Source of the DNA: Eledone cirrhosa
Taxonomy: Eukaryota
Direction of reading: 5' to 3'
Assembly (NCBI GenBank): GCA_964016885.1
Contig: OZ024742.1
Coordinates: 283,402,001 to 283,466,000, forward strand
Length of the DNA stretch: 64,000 nt
Below the pieces are notes generated by a model. That model did no database searches. It saw only the letters and a program-made list of their open reading frames with translations, and was not told where the DNA came from. This document shows positions 27,136 to 40,871 of the stretch, in pieces. The stretch's first letter is position 1, and the number at the start of each line of letters is the position of its first letter. Position numbers and translations under genes: made by a program.

Positions 27136-27514
27136 TAATAAAAGGAATTCCAACTTTGTCTGATTTACTCGTTTTATTTACAATCCTTTAAAATTATAAT
27201 GATATTATAATGAAATAGTATGGTAGAATATTAAATATTAAGCGTTAATTGAACAAGTACTTTCATGCTTTCGCAATCTTCAGGTTAATATTCAGTGGTG
27301 ACAGTCAAGTTTGTAATTTTCAACTGTTGAAAATTGCAAACTTGACTGTCACCACTGAATATGAACCTGAAGATTGCGAAAGCATGAAAGTACTTGTTCA
27401 ATTAACGCTTAATATTTAATATTCTACCATACTATTTCATTATAATATCATTATAATTTTAAAGGATTGTAAATAAAACGAGTAAATCAGACAAAGTTGG
27501 AATTCCTTTTATTA
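27136..27514. repeat. 379-bp near-perfect palindrome (centre 27325) with a hammerhead in each arm
   Basis: Arms of 189 bp with a 1-nt spacer, no net indel and only a couple of mismatches. Confidence 0.95.
27362..27400 (+). ncRNA. Minimal type I hammerhead ribozyme (mirror copy at -27250..27288)
   Basis: tgaac CTGAAGA ttgc-gaaa-gcat GAAA gtac T T gttca; stem I tgaac/gttca, palindromic stem III AGTACT. Confidence 0.8.
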
Positions 27515-27597
27515 GTATTATATATATATATATATATATATATAGTCAGAATTAGCCGTCGAAACGGCTTGAGCTCAGCCGTCGGGGTCCTACTCGT

Positions 27598-27675
<78 letters not shown>

Positions 27676-27976
27676 ATACATGTATGCATGTGTATGAATA
27701 TGCGCGGAGACAGAAATAATCGGGCTGGATACCCGATCGCGCGGTTAAACCACTGCAGTGAAGGACCCCTAGCCTTCGTCTGGGCATTCTTCTAGGAGAA
27801 GGTAACTCAGGAAACTGGGATAACTCTAACATAAACCTGCGGCTCAGTAGTTACCGATGATGTTCATCTTTTCTTCTGTTCGGGTTATAGCTACTGTCGC
27901 TCAGAGAGTGGGATTGGCTCAGTCTTTCCTCGCTTTAAAAAAATCTTCACGCACACGCATTGCACGATAGCATTAA

Positions 27977-28165
27977 TGGTGGATTGGCAGTATCGGTAGA
28001 GGGTCGAACGTCATGCTTTGACGCATAGAGTTACGGCCCTTGCCATTCTGAGTTCAAATCCCGCCGAGGTTGACTTTGCCTTTCATCCTTACGGGGTCGA
28101 TAAAATAAAGTACCAGTAATACACTGGGTAATTGCTGGCCTTGTGCCAAAAGTAGAAACAATTAA
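27977..28165 (+). mobile_element. tRNA-derived SINE
   Basis: Same family as 11504-11693. Confidence 0.85.
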
Positions 28166-28268
28166 TTAATTATTAATAATGTTATATCGTGCAATGGCCA
28201 TATTCGATATCGAGGGAGCAGCCATCAAGTATATATGTATCTATCTATATATATGTGTGTGTGTGTGT

Positions 28269-28349
<81 letters not shown>

Positions 28350-28533
28350 TATCTATCTAGCTATCTATCTATGCATGTATGTATATAAGCAATTTAACAT
28401 GCATACACTTATATAAAATTGATGGATGCTGTTATAGTAACATCTGACTACTGTAGAGATTATACTATCTATCATGGAAGCACGTATATAAATTATACGA
28501 CATTAAATCTACTTCTCAACAGCTTTATCCCTT

Positions 28534-28572
<39 letters not shown>

Positions 28573-28586
28573 TTTGTTTATTGCAG

Positions 28587-28700
28587 CCCAAGAAGAACAT
28601 ACCACTACACTGGGCATCTTCGAAACCAAATCCAACAATTGGTATCATTACCTGCCTATTGAAAGCCACCGGTGCTGACACGACTTTCCATACCAACGAG
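28587..28700 (+). CDS. nompC: NompC exon B, 114 nt: PKKNIPLHWASSKPNPTIGIITCLLKATGADTTFHTNE
   Basis: Acceptor ttattgcag, donor gtacga, PLHWA ankyrin motif, phase 0/0. Confidence 0.88.
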
Positions 28701-28906
28701 GTACGATCGACGACAAAACCCCATCTCCTCCTCGGTTTTAATCATTATTCATCATCATCATCATCATTCATCCCCTCATCATCACCATCCGCCTCCTCAT
28801 TCTTTGTTGTCATTGGCTTCGACTTACTCCACAAGTGTATGTATGTATATATATATATATATATATATATAATGGAAAACGAAAAGTTTATATATATATA
28901 TATATA

Positions 28907-31900
28907 CTAGCAGAAGTGCCCGGCGTTGCTCGAAGTTTAATTGCTTTAAAGTACTTTTAATGATTCCACTCAATTATGAATATTGAGGCATTGAAAGTAA
29001 ATACGGGTAAGTTTGAAAATATACAACAATAGTATCTACTCACCATATGTCAGACCGGCAAGACTGCAATGGTGCTGAATAGAGGAGTCACAACACCTCT
29101 ATGTAGACCACATTTTTTGTTCTGCCTTTGGGTGCAAGTATGAATAAGTTCTGCTTGCATCCCACTCTTGAGCATGCGACGTATAATTGGCCGTGTGAGA
29201 AGCACGGCTGGGCTAAATGTAGGCCTGCCGTTGATAGCGTTTGGCCTTGGGACTTGTTGATTGACTCGCGAAGCAAAGTTTAACGGGGAATTGAAGTTGG
29301 CGCAGAGTACAGGGGCATTCCGTACCTGATGGAGTTAATGGTATTCTGGGTATGAAGACGTTTTCTCCAGCGCTGCAGCCCGTGAGAATTGTGGCTTCAA
29401 TTACATGCGGCAGGAGGTTTCTTACCACTAACCGTGTTCCGTTGCAGAGACACAGTGGTTCCAGGTTCCTCAACAGCATGACTGGAGTCCCAACTTTGAC
29501 GCGCAGTTCATGAGGTGGCAGTCTAGAGAGGTCCAAGGAATTGAGGAATTCTGTTGGAAAATCGTCCACCTCATCTTTGTCCACCACTTTGTCCACAGAT
29601 TTGTAGGTACGGAGGTTCCAGGAATACGTTTCAGAAGGTCCTCATTGATTTTTGCAACTGAGACATTTTGGGGAGCCAATATGGCTCTATCGCATAGCTA
29701 ACTCGTGTTTTTGTAGTTGGTCGCCATATCGGGAAAGACCGAGGCTGTGAGGTCGTCAACAGTGTCGACAACGGTGCCTACTTGCAAGACTGCCATTTCT
29801 CCAGCTGCATCTGAAGGTGCAGTGCCGTCACCAACTGTTAAGAGGTCCTTTGAGAAGTCGGTTGCTGAGTGGTCGGCGAGCAGTTGGGCTCTCATGTTTG
29901 TTGTGAGGGTCAGGATTGTCACTTCCTGCCACAGGGGAAATGACTTAATGCAAGCCCCCACAGTGTCGGCCCTGGTGGCTTTTGGAACAACTGGAAGAGT
30001 TTGTCGAAAATCGCCAGACAGCCGTAGAGGTACTCCTACCATCGGCCGGTTGCATTCCCTGATGTCTCGTAGGGTCCTGTCTAACGCCTCAAGGGACCCT
30101 TTATGGGCCATTGTGCATTCGCCCCACACAATTAGGTGGCATATTTTCAAGACTTCAGCTTTGTCAGAGTCCTTGGTGATATTGCAGGTTATTGTGTCGT
30201 CTGAAGTCGTGTTGAATGGCAGTTTAAATGTGGAATGAGCTGTCCTACCTCCGGGCAGCAGAGTTGCGGCAATGGCAGAAGAAGTCACAGCCAGGGCGAT
30301 TCCTTTTTGCTGTCGCACTTTGGCGAGGAGGAGTTTATTGATGAATGTTTTACCAGTTCCTCCTGGGGCGTCCAAAAAGAAGATACCTCCTCTGCGTTGA
30401 CGAATGGAAGTGCAAACTGTGTCATACGCCTGCCGTTGGTCCTGCAACTATTTCGGCTCGTTTTTGTTGATGAACAGTTCGAGGGCGTGGACGTCGTAGG
30501 CAGTTACCTGAATTATGCCTGTCGGAAGTTTGTCGGAGCCCGTTCGCTGAACTTTTGGCAGTCCATAGAATGGAAGGTCATTTCCGCCGGCAGTTAGGAT
30601 TTTGTCCTCGATGTCAATGAGAGCTTTGTTGAAGAATTCGTTGCTGAGTCGTACGTCGGAATGAGGGAGTAGCAGTTGTCCTTGGTGTATGTAGTCATCG
30701 GAAAGGTCCTCTTTGTATTTGTCCCATAAGGACGCAGGGTCACTTAACTCGCATGTCAGCAGTAGCACCGCAAAGAATTGCCGAAGAGTTCGCGCTGAGC
30801 GTATTGTAGCTGCCTCCGCCAATGTCGCATCCCACTGAGCGCCATCTTCCAGTAGACCCCGTCTAAGGCAGGCTGCGCGGAATGAAGTACAAAGCTCTCC
30901 GTTGATTGTTTTCAGATCGTCGAAAGATGTCGGTCCTACCACGTCATGCAGTAGAAGGCGGAGATAAAAGCATTCCTGTTGGTTAGGATGAATGGTGTAC
31001 ACTCTCCCAAGGGTAGGGGACATTTTAATGTCTGGATGTCCCTCGACGGGTTGTCCTTTCACCATTCTTAACCAAATTCTGTTGTCTGCGTTCCATGTGT
31101 AGTATGATGGCACTTGAGAGTAGAAGATGGTCTTGGCGAAGGGATCGTTTCGGCATAACTTAAAAAATGCCGTAAGTGTGGTGTCCTTGGGTTCCTCTGC
31201 TATCTCAGCAGCGGTGGAGGCGGTGAAGTAGACTATTTGACCGTTTTCAAGGTGCACCACCAACTGTTTGATTGGGGGGTAGTTATGGTGTATTGCAAAG
31301 TGGAAGAATCGCCAGAACGCTTCATTGCTGCTGATGTATCGGCCGACCTGGTATCGAGTTACTTCGTCTCGGTTGTTCTCCATTGTAAAACCAAAGGACG
31401 CAGCATCGGACTCCTTATTTATATACTTGCAGGTGTACTTTATCGATTTGACGGAGTGGCAGTATTCAACGTTAATGTGGGCGTTAAACAATTTATGCAG
31501 AAGTGGGCAGTAGGGTACAATCCACCGGTTGTCGACGTTGTGATGTGGTGTTTTCGCAACAATTCCTCCGTCCGCTGGCTCCCTGCGGCGGTATAATGGA
31601 TAACCGTCGCCACCTGTCCGAGTTTCTCGGAGGAATGGCCTAGGATACCTCTTGGTGCACCTTCTTTCTTTAATGCATGGAGAATTCATGCTGAAACCGT
31701 TTCCGCATGGCCCATGAACCATGTGAGCAGTGACGATGTTGTGGAGTTCTCTGTCCAATTTTGGGTCGGGTATTTCAGCTGAAATGATGCTGTCAATGCT
31801 GCTTGCGTTGATTTTCGTTATCAGCCAAATGAGTAGGTGAGCGTTTGGTAGGCCTCTCTTTTGCCACTCAACGGTGTATACGTAGCACCTAACAGGTCCA

Positions 31901-34606
31901 AAGGCCTTACCTGATTTTAGGAGTTCAATAAGTTTTGTCAACTTCAAGTGAAAGACTCGTGCCGTAAGATCGTGTCTGTCTGACGCCCTTTGTCCAGGGA
32001 ATAATTCCGCGGTAATTTCATTCCACTTAGAGTTGCATGTTGAAGTGATGAAGAGATCCGGTCTGCCGTAGAGATGCACGTACGTCATAGCATCCTGTGT
32101 GCGTTCACTCATGTATCGGGGACTCCCAATGAAGGTCGACGGAAGGATACAATGTTTTCCTAGGTTCTCGGGATCGACGTCATTCCTTACTCCATCCCGT
32201 AAGTGAATGTAGCTGTCCGAACGAAGGCGTGCTTGATTGTTCCTTATGTAGCACAGCCTTTCAGATTCCATCTTTGCGCACGCCTCTACAGCAAGCTGGT
32301 TGAAGAGTACTCTTGCACGATGGAGTTGGTTAAAGCAGCATTCGCGGACCATGAATCGGTAGGTGTAGAATTGCATAGAGGAAACAGTTTTGTTGCTGTT
32401 GCGCAAAGGAATTCCAAAGTGGTATCCGTCGTCACCGAATGGGAAAAATAGGGGATATTGGAATGCGTCGTAGGACCTATGCGTCTCGCTGATCTGTTGC
32501 AGACTATTGTCCCTACACTGAAGTATGATGTCCCGCTTGTTGTACTGTTCTCCATGAAGAAGCACAGCTATTTCATTGCACGCGGGAGTGTTAAAACGTC
32601 TGGCGTGGGTGCTTGGTGGTTTCCTGTCAGCGTCGATTATAACAGCAAAATTTGGCAAAGGAGCAGCCTCCAATGCTCATTTAAAACTGCGAATGTAGTT
32701 GTTGTTTTCGTGCAACATTCTCTGGAGTTGCAACAGAATTTTCATGCCTGTGCCAGGCTAAATTGAAGCGCGTCGTTCCGCTTGGTCCAAATAGTCAGTG
32801 ACAAAGTATAGCTGTAGGAACTGGGGCTGTCCGTCTGTCGTGGGCAGTAGCGAGCCGATTCTGTGGTAAATTTGTCCTTGAACTTTAAAGGTAGGCATGA
32901 AGCCGTCCTCCCGTATGATGTTAACTCCGAAAGAGGTCATTTGGAAGGCAGCGTTGTATCTCCTGGAACATCGAAGGAAGTGTTCTGACTCCGCTGTGGA
33001 ACCGGTCAGTAGAGACTTCAAAGGTTGTGGTGGTTCCTGTAGAGGAGGCAGTTTCACTTTGCCGTCAGAGCAGCACATCCCTGAAGTCTCCCCAGGCCAT
33101 TTTTTTGCCCGACAATATTGGCAAATGACAGACATGGATCCAATCTGAACTTCTGGCATCAGTGCATAGTTTACTGTTGGGTCATAGTGGAAAGCCTTAT
33201 GGGACCACTGAGTGCAACTGAGCCTCTGTGTACCTCGTTTAGCACTCCTGCGGAGTGCGTTGGCGTTTAGCCTTTGTAATTGAATTTGCGCAGTCTCTGA
33301 TGCGCGAACGGAAGCTGTTGAAGCGGCGTCCGTACGTTGACGTCTGGAACGCTGCCCTTCGTCCTCGGCAGCACGTGACGCAGCAGTTGAGGCGGCATCT
33401 CTTCGCCGTCGACTGTAACGGTGTTCTTCGTCCTCACCGTCACGTGCCGCAGCGGTGGAGGCCGCATTTTTGCTTCGTCGTCGAGAATGTTGTTCATCAG
33501 TTTGCGCTGCACGTCCAACTGCAGTTACAAATGCATTTCCGGAAAGGCGGATGCTCCTCTTTTTTTCTGTCTCGGTTGCCCAGGTACTTGCATTTCGAGT
33601 TGCATTTTGTGACAACCGAGTCAATTTTTCTACGGACAACTCTGTAGCTCTTCTTCGTTTGGCAGCAGAAGCAGCTTTTGGCGATTAAGTCGTGGTCTTT
33701 TGGGGGGTGGCATGACCGTAGATTCAAAGAATGTATTTGGTAGCGAACATTTTGAAATGAACTTTGAATTAGTTTAAAGTGAGTACTATATTGTAGCAGG
33801 ACCGAACACGTAAATATTTATGCAGGTAATGAAGCATGAAAGGGGGAGTAGCCAAAACTTTCAATTGAACGGTGAGTAAGTGGAAAGTGAGTACTAAGTA
33901 AGATCTATGAAGAATGCACGTCAAATAATAGGTCAAACCTGTAAGCCAAGCCTGTCTGAGTTATAGCACAAAAGAGTGTAAACAGGGGCGTTATTTTGGA
34001 GCACACTGGAAAATAAATCATCGAAATCGGACGTTCGTTAAAAAAGTTTTCTCATTAATTTTTTGTCTCATATTGAGAAAAACAAAGAAAGAAAAATTAC
34101 AAAAAGGACAACAATAAAATATGTCTTTGTTGAGATTCAAGTAAATGAACGCTTAAGCGTCGTTATTGTTACGTTTGTTGTTTTATAAATTCACCTGTTG
34201 CTTTTGAATATTTGTTATTTGATGTAAAATGTAACGTTGAGAGAGCAGTATGTATTTAGTGTTATCCCCTTTTAAATTTTGATATTTGATGGATGACGAA
34301 CGAAGAGGGTGAAGATTTGTCGTTGTTCTAAACTGTAATGGAGACGGAGGCAGTAACCTTTTAAAGAGAGTTGCGGAGGAGATTGAGGGTAGTGAGAGGA
34401 ATGAAGCGTGTAAGAGAGTGGGTTACAGCATGCATTAAGTTTTATCGATTTTTTTTCATAGAAGCAGGAAATGTTTGGCAAAAGTAATTACGCATTGACC
34501 TGCCCTGGTAAATTTGGAGCACATTGGAAAAAAATCATAAAAATCGGTAGAGAAATGTGGAAATGCATAAAAATCATACACACACATAGTTTTATATATA
34601 TATAGA
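28907..34606 (-). mobile_element. Full-length Helitron (5.7 kb) with disrupted RepHel
   Basis: Minus-strand 5' TC at 34606, 3' hairpin cgagcaacgccggg plus CTAG at 28907, A/T target; internal Rep and helicase coding sequence. Confidence 0.95.
29088..33700 (-). pseudogene. Helitron RepHel (Zn finger, HUH Rep, PIF1-like helicase)
   Basis: CQYCRAKKW...MCC; DLFIT.TCN, VEWQKRGLPNAHLL, KY..KY; FLDAPGGTGKT, GDFRQTLPV, KSQGQT, HGQLYVACSRV. In-frame stop at 30448-30450 plus frameshifts. Confidence 0.92.
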
Positions 34607-34722
34607 TAATGAAAAACGAAAAATCAGTGATGCATCGGAACTCAATTTATTTTGTGTTACAATTGTTTCCCCGGCGAACAGCTCGAGGTGCGATCTGTGG
34701 GTGGATCGACCTGACTCTAACC

Positions 34723-34802
<80 letters not shown>

Positions 34803-35359
34803 GATATGTGGTGTGTGTGTGAGTGTGTGTGGTGTGTGTATGTGGTGTGTGTGCGAATGTGTGTGTGTGTGTGGTGTGTGTGTGAGTGTGTGTGTTTGGT
34901 GTGTGTATTTGGTGTGTGTATGGTATGTGTGTGTGTATGGGTGCGTGTGTGTGTGCGCGCTTTAAAGTAATTCATCGAGGTTGTAATTGCACTACAGCAA
35001 TACAAGTTGAATTATTTGAGTGATAGAGAAATTCCTTGCATCAGAGTAGACTATATTAGAAATAAACACCAAGAATGATATTTAGATCACGTGTCATCTA
35101 CAGTAGATAACAACAACAACAAATACCAAATGGTAAATATCTATATATGCATATATATATATTATCTAATGTGACCTGTTTTTTTAAAGACAGTAGGGTG
35201 TAATTTGATAATTTTATTTAGATTTGGCTATCATTTCTAACAGATCACATAAAAGCTCCCTTCGTTGCCACATACTCTTATACCATATATACATAAGTGA
35301 ATGATAAATAACCTTTTCTCAATTTTTTTTATTCTCACGGGCTTATTATTTCAATACAG

Positions 35360-35464
35360 GATTCTCACACAGCTCTGATGTTGGCCGTCTTAGCTGAGAA
35401 CGTAGCCGCATGCAAGGAACTCATCCGTGTTGGCAACAAACAGCAACTGTTCATAAAAACCAAG
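35360..35464 (+). CDS. nompC: NompC exon C, 105 nt: DSHTALMLAVLAENVAACKELIRVGNKQQLFIKTK
   Basis: Acceptor aatacag, donor gtattt; matches the NompC repeat pattern LLAV..GN...CRELL....EQL. Confidence 0.88.
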
Positions 35465-35523
35465 GTATTTCTATTATTATCCTCACTGTTTTTGTTGTTG
35501 TTATTGCTGTTGCTATTGTTATT

Positions 35524-35890
35524 GGTGGATTGGCAGTATCGGTAGAGGGTCGGACGCCATGCTTTCCAGCATAGTTACGTCCCTTTACGATCTGAGTTCA
35601 AATCCCGCCGAGGTTGACTTTGCCTTTCATCCTTACGGGGTCGATAAAATAAAGTACCAGTAATGCACTGGGTAATTGCTGGCCTTGTGCCTAAAGTAGA
35701 AACAATTATTATACTGTCTTTCAAGGCGGCGAATTGACAGAGTCGTTAAGACGTCGGATAGAATGCTTTATGGTATTCGTCCCACCTCATTGCACGGTCT
35801 AAGTTCAAATCCCGAGGTCGATAAATCCCGAGGTCGATAAAAAAAAAGATATCAGTCCAGTACTGGGTTCGATTCTTCCTCTATAGAAAA
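35524..35890 (+). mobile_element. Two tandem tRNA-derived SINEs just downstream of exon C
   Basis: 35524-35710 is near-identical to 11504-11693; 35725-35890 is near-identical to 13707-13860. Confidence 0.85.
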
Positions 35891-36195
35891 AATCAACTGC
35901 TCGTATTTACTTTAAGGTATTGTTCTCAAAATAAATAATATCAAAATTTCGTAGATTCTATATTATGCTTTGACCATCTGATGGAGAACCGTCATTGCCT
36001 GGCAACATTGTAGATGCCAGACGCTCAATCTCGATCTGCGACCAGTTTTCCCTCAACGGATTTCTGTGTGTGACTGGTTATCCTGTTCGCGATTTTCCGC
36101 AATTCTGAACCAAACTTTTGAGCCAGGCTCTCGGTCCAATGGCAAACGTTGCTACTGAGTTATGATCATTATCCCCTTACACCCACCATCATTAT

Positions 36196-36550
36196 CAGAG
36201 CTGCCAATCTCTAAAAACCCAAACGAGGAGTACCATGAAAATAAAGTGTCCCAAAACAGGGAGCAATTAGGCCAAATGGGGAGGTTTTACATAATGAAAA
36301 CTATACCCATTTTCCCAAGGGAAAACATCTTTCACCCACCCCAACGTCGATGGAGATCTCCCCGTACGGGGAGAGTTGACAGGTCTGCAGTCGGACACCA
36401 TGCTTTCCAGAATAGTTACATCCCTTTATGATCTGGGTTCAAATCCCGCCGAGGTTAACTTTGCCTTTCATCCTTATGGGGTCGATAAAATAAAGTACCA
36501 GTAATGCACTGGGATAATTGCTCGCCTTGTGCCAAAAGTAGAAACAGTTA
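36196..36550. mobile_element. MITE (36196-36387) abutting a SINE (36388-36550)
   Basis: Termini cagagctgccaa / ttgacaggtctg; SINE core follows. Confidence 0.6.
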
Positions 36551-36674
36551 TATATATGACTAGCACCTCTATCGTCATCCCCTCCACTCACTTTACTATC
36601 ATCCCTCCATCACAACCATAATTACCATCACAACCAGTTCAATGTGATATCAATGCTCCATTATCGTCTGTCAG

Positions 36675-36773
36675 ACAATAGGTGACACAGCTTTACACAT
36701 CGCCTGCCGGAAGAAGAACATCGAAATCTTGCGCTTGTTGGTCGAATCCGGAACTCCCGTGAATATTAAAAAT
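36675..36773 (+). CDS. nompC: NompC exon D, 99 nt: TIGDTALHIACRKKNIEILRLLVESGTPVNIKN
   Basis: Acceptor ctgtcag, donor gtaagt, canonical GDTALH ankyrin. Confidence 0.92.
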
Positions 36774-37389
36774 GTAAGTCTCTGATTTCTTTATATAATG
36801 TCCATTAAGACAAAATATATTGGAATTGTTGTTGTTGATATTGTTGGTGATGTTGATTATGATGTTCTCACCGTCGTCGTTGTTGTTGTTGTCGTCATCG
36901 TTGTTGTTGCCGTCATCGTCGTTGTTATTGTTGATGATGTTGTTCTCGTTATCGTCATTATCTAGACACCATTAGCCATGATCCAGCAGAACGGGAAAAA
37001 AAGTTTGTTGTTGTTGTGTAGCCCCATGTCAGCTCTGATTCAGCAGTTTCGAGGGCCCTGGCGGGTACTGCCCTTCCGTCTGTAACTAAATAGCGAAAAG
37101 ACAACAAACAAGAGAGAGTAAAAAAAAGAGACAAAAAAAGCAATAAATAAATAACATTAAATAAATACCTAATGCCCGAAATAGATAATATTCCAACTAC
37201 ACAATGCCTCCTTCCCCAATCAATATTAACCTCAAATGTTATCAAATCGCTTGAACCCTCCCATGGTTTTGCAATTAAAAAAACTTGTTTTTAAATGCTT
37301 ATATTTATTTAAATCTTTGCATCACAATTTTATGTAAGATCCATTGTCATGTTATATTCCAAACACCAGACCAGTTAAAAAATAATTTT

Positions 37390-37712
37390 TTTATTAGCCA
37401 TACAGGGCTCACATTAAGGAAACATTAAAGACGGTACAAGACGATACAGTGTGGGTTTTTCTTTGTGTAAAATAAAATTTATAAAAGAGACTAAGAAAAT
37501 AAACATTTAAAACAAACATAAATTCCCCAAAGGCGAGGAAATTCTAAGGGCCACTCGTGTAGAAATCCCACAAAAGCCACGGTCACCTTGTCCGCTAGGT
37601 CCCAGTTTTTGTACTCCAATCTACAGGCGAATGCTCAAGGCAGGTCCAATCACACGGACCATGCTTTTAACAAGCTGTTTGGAAGGCAACACTTCCCTCT
37701 CTCCACCCAAAC
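37390..37712 (-). mobile_element. 3' end fragment of an L1/Tx1-like LINE
   Basis: Minus-strand translation and 3' UTR resemble 18081-18400 (ERE.L.....V.VIGP.L.I.L*). Confidence 0.5.
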
Positions 37713-38053
37713 CAGATAAATAATGAAAACTTAGTTATATAACTAAATCCTTCTAAATGTTTTATTATTTTCAAAATTTATTTGAAAATCATAGGCCGTG
37801 CCTTTCATTAGTAATACGATAAGTTTTTATAAAAACCTTCCGTCATAATCTCTGATTAGTTATGTTCCAACCCCAACTTAATAATGAGAAACTTTGTTAT
37901 ATTACCAAATCCCTCCAAATTCATTAACATTTTCAAAATGATTTAAATAGGTAGTGTCTTTTATTAGAAATATGATAATGAAAGGTTAAGTATTAGTTTA
38001 TAGAATGTATTCAATCAGATAGATTGTTTTAATGATATTTATCTTAATTCTAG

Positions 38054-38155
38054 AACAATCTTCAAACTGTTCTACATTTGGCAGCATATGATGGAGACGA
38101 AACCATATTGAAATGTTTACAGCAACTGCGGGGCGATCCTAACATTGGAGACAAG
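38054..38155 (+). CDS. nompC: NompC exon E, 102 nt: NNLQTVLHLAAYDGDETILKCLQQLRGDPNIGDK
   Basis: Acceptor aattctag, donor gtattt, ankyrin repeat. Confidence 0.9.
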
Positions 38156-38278
38156 GTATTTTCTGTCAACGGCGATCATTTATTTTTCTCTGTAGATATC
38201 TATTACATATAAAAATATTCATTTACAAGCTTACACGCTAATACGCTCACACACACACATACACACAAGCATACACAA

Positions 38279-38403
<125 letters not shown>

Positions 38404-38849
38404 AGGCAGGGAATTGGTAGAGTCATTCCGGGTCTGCTCTCTGAGTTAAAATCCCGCCGTGGTCAACTTTGCCTTTCATCCTTTCGAGGTCGATAAAAAA
38501 AGTACCAGTCTAGTATTGGGGTAGACTATTCCTCTATATCTCTTTCTCATTTCCTCTCTCGCTCACTTTTTATCATTCTCCGGAAGAAATATGCCGTACT
38601 CAGGCCTGGAGAGCGATTGGCTTTGCCAGGCTTTAAAATGCCCGAGAAAAGTGTGGGTGGTTCAACACAAGCCACTATAAACAATCCATTTCTGTGAGTA
38701 GCTCAACAGCTCTACCAATTCTATTTGATATCCCACCATTAATACAAATCCCACTGACGAGAGAGCAAAAAAGAAATTACAGGAAGTCCTTAACTGGAGC
38801 TCTACACAGTGGCGCCCATCAGGTGTTGGCCGTCCATGCACAAAATATT

Positions 38850-40850
38850 AGCAATGTTTTCTGTTAGTCTTTTCTGGTGGTAAGAAAGTATGTCTTTTTA
38901 AATATAGCACTGCTTTTCATACACGGGTGGGGGAGGTAAATGGAGCCCTAAACAAATGCTTGCTCAATCTTTTAACCTGGTAGTAAACTGCGGCTGTCCG
39001 GTTATCCAAATTTGCGGCCGAAAGAAAACAAGGAATTTAAATTTTAGTTCCTGGAATGTGATAAACACTCCGGGACAGCATTTCAAGTCTGGAGAGAAGA
39101 TCAATCCCCATCTGCAATACACTCAACAGATATAACATCGATATCTGTACTATAAGTGAAATCCGACTCCCTGGGATATCCCGAATGGAATATGTGAGAG
39201 AAGGGTACACAGTCGTCTGGTACGGAAAAAGTGAAGAGGACCACCGTCAGTCTGGTGTTGGTTTTATCATTAGATCTGACATAGCTAGAGCCCTAACATC
39301 ATTCTCCAAAGGTGTCAGTGATCGTATCGTGAGTCTTTCTCTGGATCTAGCAAGCAACACCTCTGTTACATCAGTGAGTTGTTACGCCTCAACTCGTTCT
39401 TCATTTGAGCAGGATATCGTAACATTTTCCGAAATATTCCACTGTCCCGAACAAGAACAAACTTGTAATAAGGGGAGATGTCAATGCTAGAGTTGGAAAC
39501 GACTATCAAACATGACATAACGTTCTTGGATTTAATGGAGTCGGAGCTATGAACTCAAATGGGCTTAAGCTGCTTTCACTCTGCAAGGAATTTGATCTTA
39601 GCATCACTAATACCTTTTTTAACAACCTGCAAACCATAAGACAACATGAATGCATCCTAAATCCAAGGGTTGGCACATGATTGACTGTCATCATACACAG
39701 GTGTGACCTAAAATATTTTAAAATCACTCGTTCTTTTCAATATTCTTGCTATCTCTCACAGTAAGGTTTCATTCAATCTTCCTTCAAAAAGGTGTCTTCA
39801 AAAGCCACTTATCTCACCTAAGATTGATGTGGGCGCTTTGAGATCCACGGATAGGAGGCTAGAACATTCTGCAAAACTTGACTCATCCCTCGACTATCCA
39901 TATTTCTGATGACATTGAGGCTTCCTGAAAGATGCCAGCTATGCAGCCTTTGTAGCAGTTTTGGGATTGATTTCCTAATTTTATATACTAAATAATCAAA
40001 AAAATAATAACCATAAAAATAACTTGAAATATTTTCCTTTCAAAAATATCATTACTTTTAAACAATATTTTAAAACATTTTTTTTTTCAACAATATATAT
40101 TAATTTATAAAGACCAATTATATAGCTTAATTTGAGCAGGATATCGTAACATTTTCCGAAATATTCCACTGTCCCGAACAAGAACAAACTTGTAATAAGG
40201 GGAGATGTCAATGCTAGAGTTGGAAACGACTATCAAACATGCCGCAGTTTACTACTAGGACTGGTTTGATGAAAACAACGCAGAAGTCCAGAATCTTATC
40301 GGCAAGATGCATAACCTACACAGGCCTTGGATTGGAGATAAAAACTCAACAACTAAAAAGAAAGCCTATAAATACTGTAAACAGCAGGCAGTCCTCAATT
40401 AGAAAAATGTCTGTGGGAAGCTAAAGCAGCTGATCTACAAAGTGCTGCCGATAAAAAGGACTCAAGGTGGTGTATGGTCCGAGAATGAGCAAATCAAACC
40501 CAGTTATATCTTTTGATGGTACAACCTTATACATAGATAAAGTTGAGATACTCTCGTTGGAAGTCCTACATATTGAATCAAACGTTGATGAAGATGTGAT
40601 ATTATCTATTCCACAAAGGCCGGAGATACCCGAATTAGTATTCAACCCAAGCTTTAATGAAGTACAAGCCGCTATCAAATAACCGTCATCCAATAAAGCT
40701 CCTGGTAACGATGGCAACATTATCTCACACACATGTATAAGCTTGATGTCTTCCATAAACATTGTCTTCGCTCTATCTGTGGTTATGTACTTTCTGACAA
40801 GTCTCTAATGCCGATCTCTTCACGAGGTCCAACATGTTTACATAACATCA
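38850..40850 (+). mobile_element. Heavily decayed, internally deleted RTE (BovB-like) LINE
   Basis: SWNV, SEIRL, SGVGFII, GDVNARVG, MHPKSKGWHMID, KAPGND and LDVFHKHCLRSI remnants. Confidence 0.75.
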
Positions 40851-40871
40851 AGTGTTTTTCTTTGCTTGTAG

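Noticed and set aside
36678-36682. Alternative acceptor (atag) 7 nt inside exon D
   Set aside because: It would shift the frame; the upstream tcag keeps phase 0 and the full repeat.
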